This document shows, piece by piece, positions 38,380 to 46,184 of a DNA stretch of 64,000 bases. Under the pieces are notes generated by a model that worked only from the letters and a program-made list of their open reading frames with translations, did no database searches and was not told where the DNA came from. Source of the DNA: a virus (lineage: Duplodnaviria; Caudoviricetes). Position numbers and translations under genes: made by a program. The stretch is from positions 3,523 to 67,522 of the IMG/VR virus record IMGVR_UViG_3300033463_010483; one strand, given 5' to 3'. Positions within the stretch are counted from its first letter, which is position 1; the number at the start of each line of letters is the position of its first letter.

Positions 38380-38963
38380 TTCGCGGCTCCTATGAGTTGA
38401 ACCGGCGACACATAGACAGAGTCCACACGCCCATCCTGAGTGATGGTGAAGTTGACGAAAGTCTGTTCCTGTCCCTGCTCGGTGAATTCCTTTGTAGCCT
38501 GTGTCACATTGGAGAATGGATTGAGCTTGGTGACTCTGATGGTCACATGGTCAACAAATTCAGGCGCGCTATTCTTACGGTACTGGTGGGCATTGACGAC
38601 GTATTCACCCGGAACGATCGCCCGAAGTGTTACGGTTTCCTGCCGAGATTTGGATTCTATGGTTGAGCCATCAGCCTGTATGACCGTGTTGTTGCGGCCC
38701 ATGTTGTCCTGATCATAGGTCATATAGCCGTTGCGGGTCTTACCGAAGAAAACAATCTCACCGGTCGGTCCACGGACATACAAGTCCATATCGTCCGCGC
38801 TGCCGTCATCCCATGTCATCTGGATTGAGAATTCAGCCTTCGTGGGGATACCGACCTCTTCGGCTTTCTTTGGCTTGCCAGCCTCCATAACAACGATGGT
38901 TGCTAGGAGAGCGAACACAACACCCATGGCAAGGTCAAAGAATGGCGTTGGGAGTGCCTTCAT
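38376..38963 (-). CDS. MotB/ExbD/TolR-like Asp-bearing TM helix fused to a YfaP/DUF2135-like domain
   Basis: MKALPTPFF-D-LAMGVVFALLATIVVM; then MTWDDGSADDMDLYVRGPTG..V.F; start 38963 by ATGA coupling. Confidence 0.72.
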   Translation of the reverse strand: MKALPTPFFDLAMGVVFALLATIVVMEAGKPKKAEEVGIPTKAEFSIQMTWDDGSADDMDLYVRGPTGEIVFFGKTRNGYMTYDQDNMGRNNTVIQADGSTIESKSRQETVTLRAIVPGEYVVNAHQYRKNSAPEFVDHVTIRVTKLNPFSNVTQATKEFTEQGQEQTFVNFTITQDGRVDSVYVSPVQLIGAAK

Positions 38964-39385
38964 GGCTCCCGCACTCCCAAAATCTTGAGCTGCGTCCGCA
39001 GAAATAGAGCCGCGAAAATACCTGTAATGGAGCAAAGGAATTTGGTGCTCACACCCTCAAGCAAGTGCTGCCGCCACTCACCGGCGGCGTCCATATCGCG
39101 CAATGCCTGAAAGGCCAGCACCAGACCGATAAAAGTCCCGGCGATTCCAACTCTTTCGAAGACATCGCAGAGATACCAAAAGGCACTTCCAGATGCATAA
39201 CGTGGTCGATATAGTTCATATCCAACCGCTGCTGTTGCCAATAAATAGGCCGCTAGGATGGTCAGTCCGAGATAGGTCACGTCTTGGGTCCACAGCGCCA
39301 CGATAAACCCCATCAGCGCCGCAACGCCAACGACGGTTAGAGTGAGGCATACGAATATAAGCCACTGCAATGTCATGCGGGTCAT
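38960..39385 (-). CDS. MotA/TolQ/ExbB proton-channel-like membrane protein
   Basis: Four hydrophobic segments; GIAGTFIGLVLAF and GVSTKFLCSITGIFAAL match the GxxGTxxG and TxxG channel helices. Confidence 0.78.
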   Translation of the reverse strand: MTRMTLQWLIFVCLTLTVVGVAALMGFIVALWTQDVTYLGLTILAAYLLATAAVGYELYRPRYASGSAFWYLCDVFERVGIAGTFIGLVLAFQALRDMDAAGEWRQHLLEGVSTKFLCSITGIFAALFLRTQLKILGVREP

Positions 39386-39690
39386 ACTTCAAACTCCTCG
39401 TTTTGATCTGCCGAAACATTGATGGGCTTAAACAGCGCTTCCGCCGCATTGCGATGTTGGCTGGATACCCGTTCACCTGCCCGGAGCATTACCGGTTGTT
39501 CCGTCTCATAAAGTGCCCGCCAAGCGGCACATTCGGCTTCCGCTTTTGATGGAAACACTTCCGGCGAGCTGGTCCTGCGGCCATCTGATCCAACCTTCTT
39601 CACCTCGTAATACTCAGCCTTCCAGACCAGACGGTATTCACCGATCCAGCCGAAACCCTTGTCAATCGCACGTGCATCTGAGCGGTTCAT
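39382..39690 (-). CDS. Phage hypothetical protein
   Basis: 102 aa, ATGA-coupled to the helicase. Confidence 0.6.
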   Translation of the reverse strand: MNRSDARAIDKGFGWIGEYRLVWKAEYYEVKKVGSDGRRTSSPEVFPSKAEAECAAWRALYETEQPVMLRAGERVSSQHRNAAEALFKPINVSADQNEEFEV

Positions 39691-41144
39691 TCGAAAAATC
39701 CTTCAAAGGATTCTGGCATGTCGGCCGTACTGGATGTGAATGAGGTGTATTCAGCCTCGAAGTTGATCTGCTGACTTTGACCAGGCTCGCCTCTTCGGCG
39801 CTTGTGGTTGATGATCCAAGCTTTTCCGCGTGATGTTTCATAATCACGGATCATCTTGTCTCGCTTGGTCTCCACACCATCGCGGGCTCGTTCTGGCGGA
39901 CAGATTGGGATAAGCTCTTTGTAGAGTGGCTCCGGCCGATAGAGCGAAACCCAGATGTCAAGGTTTTGCTTCACGCTGCCACCACCGTATGCGTCACCCA
40001 TCATTGGGCGAATTGATCCACCAGTACGCCACCGCGCTTTCCAATCGTCATTTCTTTGGATGAGGGTAACAACCGCAACATCGAGCGATTTCCCGATGCC
40101 CTTGAGCCCACGATAAAGAGCATTGATGCGCTCGGCGAAAATATCTTTTGGATTGGGTAGAGCGATCATTTTAGCATGGTCGATGACAACCACGTCGAGC
40201 CCGACTGATTTCTTCATCGCCTCCATTTTGATGCGGATGTCGGATAGTGAGCAATCAGCAAATCCAACGATATCAAACGGGATATCGACAGATTTCATCA
40301 TCTCAGCTTCGATGCGGTCCTTCTCCCGTGAATCCAGATTGAATGCGTCAAGGCGATCGAGACTGATCCGGCTGGCTTGAGCCGCGGCCTGAAGAGCCGC
40401 TTCCTCGTCTGTGATCTCGATAGAGAAAAATGCCGACCGGAACCCTGCCAATGCGGCATGTCTGCATTGTTGGAGAGCGAATGAGGTTTTGCCGCCGCCC
40501 GAGTCCGACATGACACCGATGTGATTGCCGCGCCTGATATCCCCTGCCACACGGGTAATCTCCGGGAGAAACCATGGAATGAGCGATGTGGTTGACAGAG
40601 AAGCCTTAGCAACGCGATCAATGGCTTTGGGGAGCAATACCCCGTACTTGAGTGAACCGGCGCGCTCGTTGCCTTCCTGTGCGATCTTCGTGAGAATATC
40701 CGCAGTGGACGATATTATCTTCTCGGGCGTCATATCGACTGGCATATTTCTCGCCAAGCCGTCTAGGTCATGCGCAGCGGTGATCAGCATCCGGCGTGAC
40801 CAGATTTCAATGATCGCGCGTCCAAAATCATATACACCCACAGTATTCACGGCATTCGCCGCCAAGCTGGCCATGTACTCATTTACGCTCATGTCACCAA
40901 TCATCAGATCGGTTGGCAAGTAACCCTTCATGGTAACGGGATTGGCTGCCCTGCCCTCGGCAATCATCTTGCCAGCAGTGTCGTAAATGGCTTGATGCAA
41001 CTCTTCGGTGAAATGCTGGGGCTTGAGAAAACCGGCAACGCGCCAATATGTTTCATTCGAGATCAGAATGGATCCAAGCAATGCCTGTTCGGCTTCCATC
41101 GCGTCGGGTAGTGCGGGTCGGATGTTAGCTGCCTGATAATTCAT
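39687..41144 (-). CDS. dnaB: Replicative helicase, DnaB-like
   Basis: EAEQALLGSIL N-terminal domain, SGGGKT Walker A, FFSIE, VVVIDH Walker B, GGGSVKQNLD. Confidence 0.88.
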   Translation of the reverse strand: MNYQAANIRPALPDAMEAEQALLGSILISNETYWRVAGFLKPQHFTEELHQAIYDTAGKMIAEGRAANPVTMKGYLPTDLMIGDMSVNEYMASLAANAVNTVGVYDFGRAIIEIWSRRMLITAAHDLDGLARNMPVDMTPEKIISSTADILTKIAQEGNERAGSLKYGVLLPKAIDRVAKASLSTTSLIPWFLPEITRVAGDIRRGNHIGVMSDSGGGKTSFALQQCRHAALAGFRSAFFSIEITDEEAALQAAAQASRISLDRLDAFNLDSREKDRIEAEMMKSVDIPFDIVGFADCSLSDIRIKMEAMKKSVGLDVVVIDHAKMIALPNPKDIFAERINALYRGLKGIGKSLDVAVVTLIQRNDDWKARWRTGGSIRPMMGDAYGGGSVKQNLDIWVSLYRPEPLYKELIPICPPERARDGVETKRDKMIRDYETSRGKAWIINHKRRRGEPGQSQQINFEAEYTSFTSSTADMPESFEGFFE

Positions 41145-41145
41145 A

Positions 41146-42498
41146 CTATTCCCCCATCATCCGAACAAGGCGAGCTGCGCCGGCGGAGCCTCTTGTGGCG
41201 AGGCGAGTTGAGAGAGTGCGGAACGCATACGCTGATTCCAGCGGGACAACTCCGTTGCCGAGCATGCGAAGTCTGTCCACGCGAGCAACGTCCAACCTTG
41301 AGGCCAGCCCATTAGCCACTCGACGAAAAGCGGGTTCAAGCTCCGGCGCTCTTTCGAGGACGTTTCGCCAACTTGTAAGATCGTTGGGTCCGGGTGGGAA
41401 AAGGCCTGTCCCGTTAACGTGAGTGTCTTCTTCGTTTGTTGCGGGTTTGCGTACTGCCACTGTCCCACTTCGTTCGATCGAGGTGTCGCCCATTGATCTG
41501 ACAGTGCAAACGCCTGCCCCTTCAGCAATGGTTCGTCCGATCTCATTCCCGACCGAGCCATCCTGCCGCCTGTCGTGTCTGCTACCGATGGAGTTGACCA
41601 TTGGGAGGCTTGCGCTGGCAGAGGCACCCCTCCCGCTCCGAAACTCTGATTGGGACCGCCCTTCTCCCCGTCCGACGCGCGAGGTGTACTCCATACATCC
41701 GAACTCTTGGAATTCACTGTAGATGTCGAGGGCTGATCGTCGATCGACCAAACTTGCTCCGTCGCGTAATCCAGCCGATCCCCGCGCATCTTGCCGTCCG
41801 ATCGTTCCATCGTCGGGCCGCTCCCCTTCCAATCGTTCGCTGTTGGCGTCGGCCAGGCCGACGGATGAAACTTCTGTACGGCCGTTTGAAGGTTGTCTCC
41901 GCCGTCCCTGCCGTTCGATCCTGGCCCCGTCACCATATTGGCCGTCGGCGTTGGCCTGGCCAACGTTTCGGTCTGAGACTGCGAGGATGAAGAGGCGCTC
42001 TCTCTCATGAGACGCGCCGACTTCTGACGCCGTGAACAATCCTCCCTCAACCGCAAAGCCCAATCGGTGAAGGTCTCGTCTGACCCGCTCAGCGCCGCCC
42101 GATGAGAGCATTCCTCGAACGTTTTCAATGAGGACGAACCAGACACCAGACTGGACGATGATGCGACGTGCCGTTGACCAGAGATCGCGCTCGTCTTCTT
42201 CGGCAAGCCGTTTTCCGGCAAGACTATGCGGCTGGCACGGGATGCCGCCAATGAGGCCGTCCACTGCGCCACGCCATTGGCGGCCGTTAAATGTTCTGGC
42301 ATCGCTCCATATAGGCGCTGAAGCCAAGAGGCACGCCTCCATAGCTGATACCAATTGCGCGACCGCGAAGGCTTCCCTCTCGACCATGCAGACAGTTCGA
42401 GCGCCTTGAACTGCCAGTTCGAGGCCGAGATCGAGACCAGCTCCACCGGTGCAGATGGAGAGAATGTTGAGACTGTCGGAACGAAGAGCCACATTCAT
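41146..42498 (-). CDS. DNA cytosine-5 methyltransferase, catalytic frame
   Basis: Motif I SICTGGAGLD, IV GGIPCQPHS, VI ENV, VIII HERERLF, X RLRMLGNGVVP. Confidence 0.9.
   Translation of the reverse strand: MNVALRSDSLNILSICTGGAGLDLGLELAVQGARTVCMVEREAFAVAQLVSAMEACLLASAPIWSDARTFNGRQWRGAVDGLIGGIPCQPHSLAGKRLAEEDERDLWSTARRIIVQSGVWFVLIENVRGMLSSGGAERVRRDLHRLGFAVEGGLFTASEVGASHERERLFILAVSDRNVGQANADGQYGDGARIERQGRRRQPSNGRTEVSSVGLADANSERLEGERPDDGTIGRQDARGSAGLRDGASLVDRRSALDIYSEFQEFGCMEYTSRVGRGEGRSQSEFRSGRGASASASLPMVNSIGSRHDRRQDGSVGNEIGRTIAEGAGVCTVRSMGDTSIERSGTVAVRKPATNEEDTHVNGTGLFPPGPNDLTSWRNVLERAPELEPAFRRVANGLASRLDVARVDRLRMLGNGVVPLESAYAFRTLSTRLATRGSAGAARLVRMMGE
41157..42494 (-). CDS. Alternative-frame polypeptide nested in the C5-MTase gene (WxTP repeats plus motif-IX-like segment)
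   Basis: 445 codons open on the same strand; RPTP/WPTP/WSTP/WSTP/WATP repeats; SLNPLFVEWLMGWPQGWT; ATG directly follows the upstream TGA. Confidence 0.72.
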   Translation of the reverse strand: MWLFVPTVSTFSPSAPVELVSISASNWQFKALELSAWSRGKPSRSRNWYQLWRRASWLQRLYGAMPEHLTAANGVAQWTASLAASRASRIVLPENGLPKKTSAISGQRHVASSSSLVSGSSSLKTFEECSHRAALSGSDETFTDWALRLREDCSRRQKSARLMRESASSSSQSQTETLARPTPTANMVTGPGSNGRDGGDNLQTAVQKFHPSAWPTPTANDWKGSGPTMERSDGKMRGDRLDYATEQVWSIDDQPSTSTVNSKSSDVWSTPRASDGEKGGPNQSFGAGGVPLPAQASQWSTPSVADTTGGRMARSGMRSDEPLLKGQAFALSDQWATPRSNEVGQWQYANPQQTKKTLTLTGQAFSHPDPTILQVGETSSKERRSLNPLFVEWLMGWPQGWTLLAWTDFACSATELSRWNQRMRSALSQLASPQEAPPAQLALFG

Positions 42499-43064
42499 GC
42501 CGCCCTCATCTTCATCATCTTCACGACATCGAGCCCAGACCCGGCAAAGGCGATTCCCACCGCTTCACCTTGATCGTCGTTGGTCACTTTGATTTTCAAT
42601 TGGGTGCAGCGATCACGCGCTGCTTTCTTCCAGTCCTTTCGCTCCCATCCCTTATGAGTGCCGAAGCCAAGGAAGGCTTTGCGCCAACTCACAGAAGCGA
42701 TTGTCTCGAATGGGATGTTGTATGCCCCAATGATCGCCGAAGCTGCTCCGACGAGCTGATTCGAGGATATAACCGCATTGATGCCGGAGCCCTTGGCTTC
42801 GACGGTCTGTTCCTCACCCATGAACTTCACAGTGCGCTTTCCGCCAATCGGCTGGGCGCGCATCGGCCGCTCAATGAGAACGAAATCTGGACGGTCAGAC
42901 TTGATGAGTTTGACCAATGCCTTGCCGAGAAAAGCTGACTTGTCCTCGAACTCCTCACCCTCGCATTGGATGTGTCCGACACGAATGGCGGACAGGGAAG
43001 CTTTGTCATCGTAGTAGGCCCAGCCGGTGCGGGAAGCGATATCTAAACCGAGGATCACAGTCAT
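42495..43064 (-). CDS. RuvC-like Holliday junction resolvase
   Basis: ILGLDIASRTGWA, VLIERP, NDDQGEAVGIA. Confidence 0.75.
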   Translation of the reverse strand: MTVILGLDIASRTGWAYYDDKASLSAIRVGHIQCEGEEFEDKSAFLGKALVKLIKSDRPDFVLIERPMRAQPIGGKRTVKFMGEEQTVEAKGSGINAVISSNQLVGAASAIIGAYNIPFETIASVSWRKAFLGFGTHKGWERKDWKKAARDRCTQLKIKVTNDDQGEAVGIAFAGSGLDVVKMMKMRAA

Positions 43065-43369
43065 CGCCCGTAACCCTCCGGCTGAACCGAATAGAGTTCC
43101 GCACCATCTTCTGACCGGACAATCTTCAATCCCTTGCGGGCAAGACTGATGTTGGCGCGGATAATCGCATTGTGAAATTCAGCACCGAACGGATCGACCT
43201 TCATGCTCTCAAACCCGCATTTGAAGATGATGCGATCACGCGCAAACCAGCCGCCCCGTTTGGATTTCAGGAAGTCGATCAGGCCATTGCGCAGTTTAAG
43301 CTGGCGCTCTGTGAGTGGATGAGAATCCGGGTGATTTCGGGCGAGGTTCTTCATTCTGCAGCCTCCCAC
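43061..43369 (-). CDS. Hypothetical (possibly winged-helix) protein
   Basis: 102 aa, ATGA-coupled. Confidence 0.6.
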   Translation of the reverse strand: MGGCRMKNLARNHPDSHPLTERQLKLRNGLIDFLKSKRGGWFARDRIIFKCGFESMKVDPFGAEFHNAIIRANISLARKGLKIVRSEDGAELYSVQPEGYGR

Positions 43370-43950
43370 GACAAACGATGAAGTTCAGTTGGGCCGACAT
43401 ATCCGCGCTGCCAGACAAACCAAGCGAAAGCCATGGTGCTGGTGGTTTTGTTACCTTCCCAGCCGTCGCGATGCATCATCGGAAGTCGATTGCGGAATAC
43501 GTGAACGCGGGCGAGTGGAGCATTATCAATGATTGATCGGCGCTTCTCGCTTTCCAGAAAATTCAAACGCATGAGCATCGCGACGTAAGGCACCATATCA
43601 AGGGCGCGCTCTACGAATTCCAATGCGTTCTTAAACGGGGGGTTGGTGACGATACCTTGCTGTCCGGTTGCATAGCTTTCAGCCAAGCCGGGAATAAGAA
43701 AATCCACACCAAAAGCATCCTGATCTGGGCTATCGTAATCAACCAGATCGGTCGCAAGGACGTCGAAATCTGCTGACCGAAGTTCTCGAACGATTGATCC
43801 CGGTCCGCATGCAGGCTCCCAAAGACGCAATGGGAGTGTTTCAACACGCATCAGGGCGTGTACGGCCTCTGGCGGCGTCTCATACAAATCGTTCTTGCGA
43901 TTAGCGAGAAGATCCCGTGTATTGCCGGCGGTTGTCGCGAGGATTGACAT
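43351..43950 (-). CDS. SAM-dependent amino-type (probably m6A) DNA methyltransferase
   Basis: DLYETP, WEPACGPGSI motif I, TNPPF motif IV. Confidence 0.82.
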   Translation of the reverse strand: MSILATTAGNTRDLLANRKNDLYETPPEAVHALMRVETLPLRLWEPACGPGSIVRELRSADFDVLATDLVDYDSPDQDAFGVDFLIPGLAESYATGQQGIVTNPPFKNALEFVERALDMVPYVAMLMRLNFLESEKRRSIIDNAPLARVHVFRNRLPMMHRDGWEGNKTTSTMAFAWFVWQRGYVGPTELHRLSWEAAE

Positions 43951-44121
43951 CTATCGGCACCTCGCGACCTGAACAGGGTTTACGGCGCGTGGAAGTGCGT
44001 CGGCGGGCTCGACATGACACTGAACGAAGGCCAGCAGAAGCACTGCGACCGCAATCAGTGAGTACATGAAGACATAAGTGCCTGTGTCGGATTGGTTGTT
44101 GTCATTGTCTGGAGGGGTCAT
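43951..44121 (-). CDS. Small single-TM protein (56 aa)
   Basis: Hand translation MTPPDND...YVFMYSLIAVAVLLLAFV...; coupled to both neighbours. Confidence 0.55.
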   Translation of the reverse strand: MTPPDNDNNQSDTGTYVFMYSLIAVAVLLLAFVQCHVEPADALPRAVNPVQVARCR

Positions 44122-44636
44122 GCCACCCTCCTCGCAATATGCTCAGCCTTGGCTTTTGCCCGAAGCGTTTCAGTGCGCGGTTGGAAGACAAGTTTGCGAT
44201 GATGCGGGCACCAGGATTGACCTTCGTCTGTTTCTTTGCCGCAGAAGCGATATTCCCCGCCCTGCGCTGGACTATCGACCTCATATCGGCACTGTCTGAC
44301 ACCGCATTCGTGGATTAGAAGACGAAGGCAATCAGCCTCATATTCCTTGGTCGTGATTGCTGGCTTGGGTGCTTCAAACAATGGATCGAGCGCACGATTG
44401 GCTTTCTTGACAGCCAGATTTGTTGAATTGAATGTGTGCTTGGTGATTTTGCCGACGAGCGCTGCCGAAGTCTTGGACGTCGTTTTCATGTTCAGCCGGA
44501 ACATCTTGCCAAGAACGGCGCTTCGGGTTGTGCCAAGCTCACGAGCGATGACTGAACCGGACTGACCGTCGAGCACCATCGTCTTCATGCGCGCTACCGC
44601 TTCATCGGTCCATTGGAAGGGATTGTGCATGTTCAT
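44118..44636 (-). CDS. gcrA: GcrA-family regulator
   Basis: WTDEAV..MK.M...G.S...IARELG.TRSAVLGK..RL; C-terminal C..RY...FCG..T....SWC.HH. Confidence 0.85.
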   Translation of the reverse strand: MNMHNPFQWTDEAVARMKTMVLDGQSGSVIARELGTTRSAVLGKMFRLNMKTTSKTSAALVGKITKHTFNSTNLAVKKANRALDPLFEAPKPAITTKEYEADCLRLLIHECGVRQCRYEVDSPAQGGEYRFCGKETDEGQSWCPHHRKLVFQPRTETLRAKAKAEHIARRVA

Positions 44637-45241
44637 AGCGCCTCCACAATTGCCTGAGAGGGTTTTGTGGCCCTGCGAATGGTCTCGACAGCGAAGCCGA
44701 GTTTCTTGGCGATCTGATCAGTGGTCATACCGTTTCGATGCAGTCGTTGAGCCTCTACGGGATCAAAACGACGCCGCGGGACACACCGAACTCCGCGCTT
44801 GCGAAGAGCTGACAAAATGGATGTGTGATCTTTATCGAATTCGCGAGCGATCTGCGGAAGGGTGAGTTCTGGTCGCCGAATATGCGTTTCCAGAATGGCG
44901 TCATATTTCACCTCAACGAGGTGCCTGAGACGACAGTCACCCTTGAGTGCTTTTACCGAAAGTCCATTCTCACGGGCATGATATTCCTGAATGGCTGCAA
45001 CACTGGGATTCGAACTGCGATAGTCAGCCATAAGCAGCCAAGTATTCAGGCGTTCGCGCTCCTCCTTATCATCTTCTTCTTGTATTTTGGTCTCAACAAT
45101 TTTCTTCACTTCCTGATAGGTAGGAAGCTGTACAACTTCATTGTCCAACCGGCGTTCGCGCTCCTTTGCGCGCTGCAAGGCGACTGCCCGCTGATAGGCC
45201 GGCGATGCCTCAAGAACTTGTCCGTATCTGAGTTGGGCCAT
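44633..45241 (-). CDS. DnaA C-terminal-like HTH protein with a second HTH
   Basis: TLPQIAREFDKDHTSILSAL matches DnaA domain IV; C-terminal TTDQIAKKLG. Confidence 0.72.
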   Translation of the reverse strand: MAQLRYGQVLEASPAYQRAVALQRAKERERRLDNEVVQLPTYQEVKKIVETKIQEEDDKEERERLNTWLLMADYRSSNPSVAAIQEYHARENGLSVKALKGDCRLRHLVEVKYDAILETHIRRPELTLPQIAREFDKDHTSILSALRKRGVRCVPRRRFDPVEAQRLHRNGMTTDQIAKKLGFAVETIRRATKPSQAIVEAL

Positions 45242-45775
45242 TTACGCAGCCTCCTCATCGGAAAAGTCTGGATCGCCGTCATCATTGTCTGCCGCGGCAT
45301 TTCGCTTCTCCATGACGATCTTGAGAGATTCCCGAGCAATTTCCTGCTCTTTGGACCATTCCTCAGCCCATGCACGTCCCATCGGACTGTGCTCGTCATA
45401 TGGGTTGGAGCCAATACCGGTTGCGCCTGCGGCCTTACCCTGACGCCGTGCAAGGTCTTCTCCGGGCTCACGTTCGAAATTCCCGAACATGTCAGGCTGA
45501 AAATCAACGGGAAGAGCAAACCAGGATGCGATCTCGGCCTGCTGTTTGAGAGTATCAATGATTATCTGGCCATCTTCGATGTCTGCACAACGGAACATGA
45601 AATCGATATCTGCCAGCTTGATCTTCTCAGCCTTGGCCAGCTTCCGCCGCTTGTTGTATTCCTTGCGGGCTTCCTCAAGCTTTTCTTTCGCCTCACCGAT
45701 GTTCCGGTAATGGTCCATCATAAGCGCTTTGCGCTGTTCCGGTGTAAGCTCCGAATTATGTCCGACTTCGGCCAT
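45242..45775 (-). CDS. GapR-like coiled-coil protein with RMF-like C-terminal motif (tentative)
   Basis: GHNS start, E...AR..Y......AK helix, NPY..W.EEW tail; AAGGAG RBS. Confidence 0.55.
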   Translation of the reverse strand: MAEVGHNSELTPEQRKALMMDHYRNIGEAKEKLEEARKEYNKRRKLAKAEKIKLADIDFMFRCADIEDGQIIIDTLKQQAEIASWFALPVDFQPDMFGNFEREPGEDLARRQGKAAGATGIGSNPYDEHSPMGRAWAEEWSKEQEIARESLKIVMEKRNAAADNDDGDPDFSDEEAA

Positions 45776-45817
45776 GCTAATTCTCCTTTCCATTGATCGA
45801 TTCAGCCGATTGGTGGG

Positions 45818-46165
45818 TCAGTCGGCGACGCGCCGGGCCTGTTCGGAAAATGGGTCAAACTCCCGGCTCACGCGGAACTCATAAATGCCGGGTTCAAGAT
45901 TGTAGCCGCCGTGCGGGTTGGCAGCGTCCTGCACAAATTCTTCAGGGTTTTCGAGGATTGCGAAAAACACCTGCATGCCCTCCGGAACGTTGTCGATACG
46001 CTCCATGACATCGCCGCCTGTGACACAGTGATGATGGCCGCTTTCGCTGTGTGAGATCACAAAACCTTTTGCGATGCGGTCTACATTCTTTGTCTGCATG
46101 GCTTCTGGAAGAGCATCGATCTTGATAATGCGTACTTCGCCCTGCTGGCCAATTACCTGTTTCAT
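45818..46165 (-). CDS. Small beta-barrel/cupin-like protein
   Basis: QQGEV, SESGHHH, H...LEPGIYE..REFDP. Confidence 0.7.
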   Translation of the reverse strand: MKQVIGQQGEVRIIKIDALPEAMQTKNVDRIAKGFVISHSESGHHHCVTGGDVMERIDNVPEGMQVFFAILENPEEFVQDAANPHGGYNLEPGIYEFRVSREFDPFSEQARRVAD

Positions 46166-46184
46166 TTCAATTTCCTTTCAAGGA

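Noticed and set aside
44825-45796. 323-aa plus-strand ORF
   Set aside because: Antisense shadow of two well-supported minus-strand genes; no motif or RBS; composition matches reverse-complement codons.
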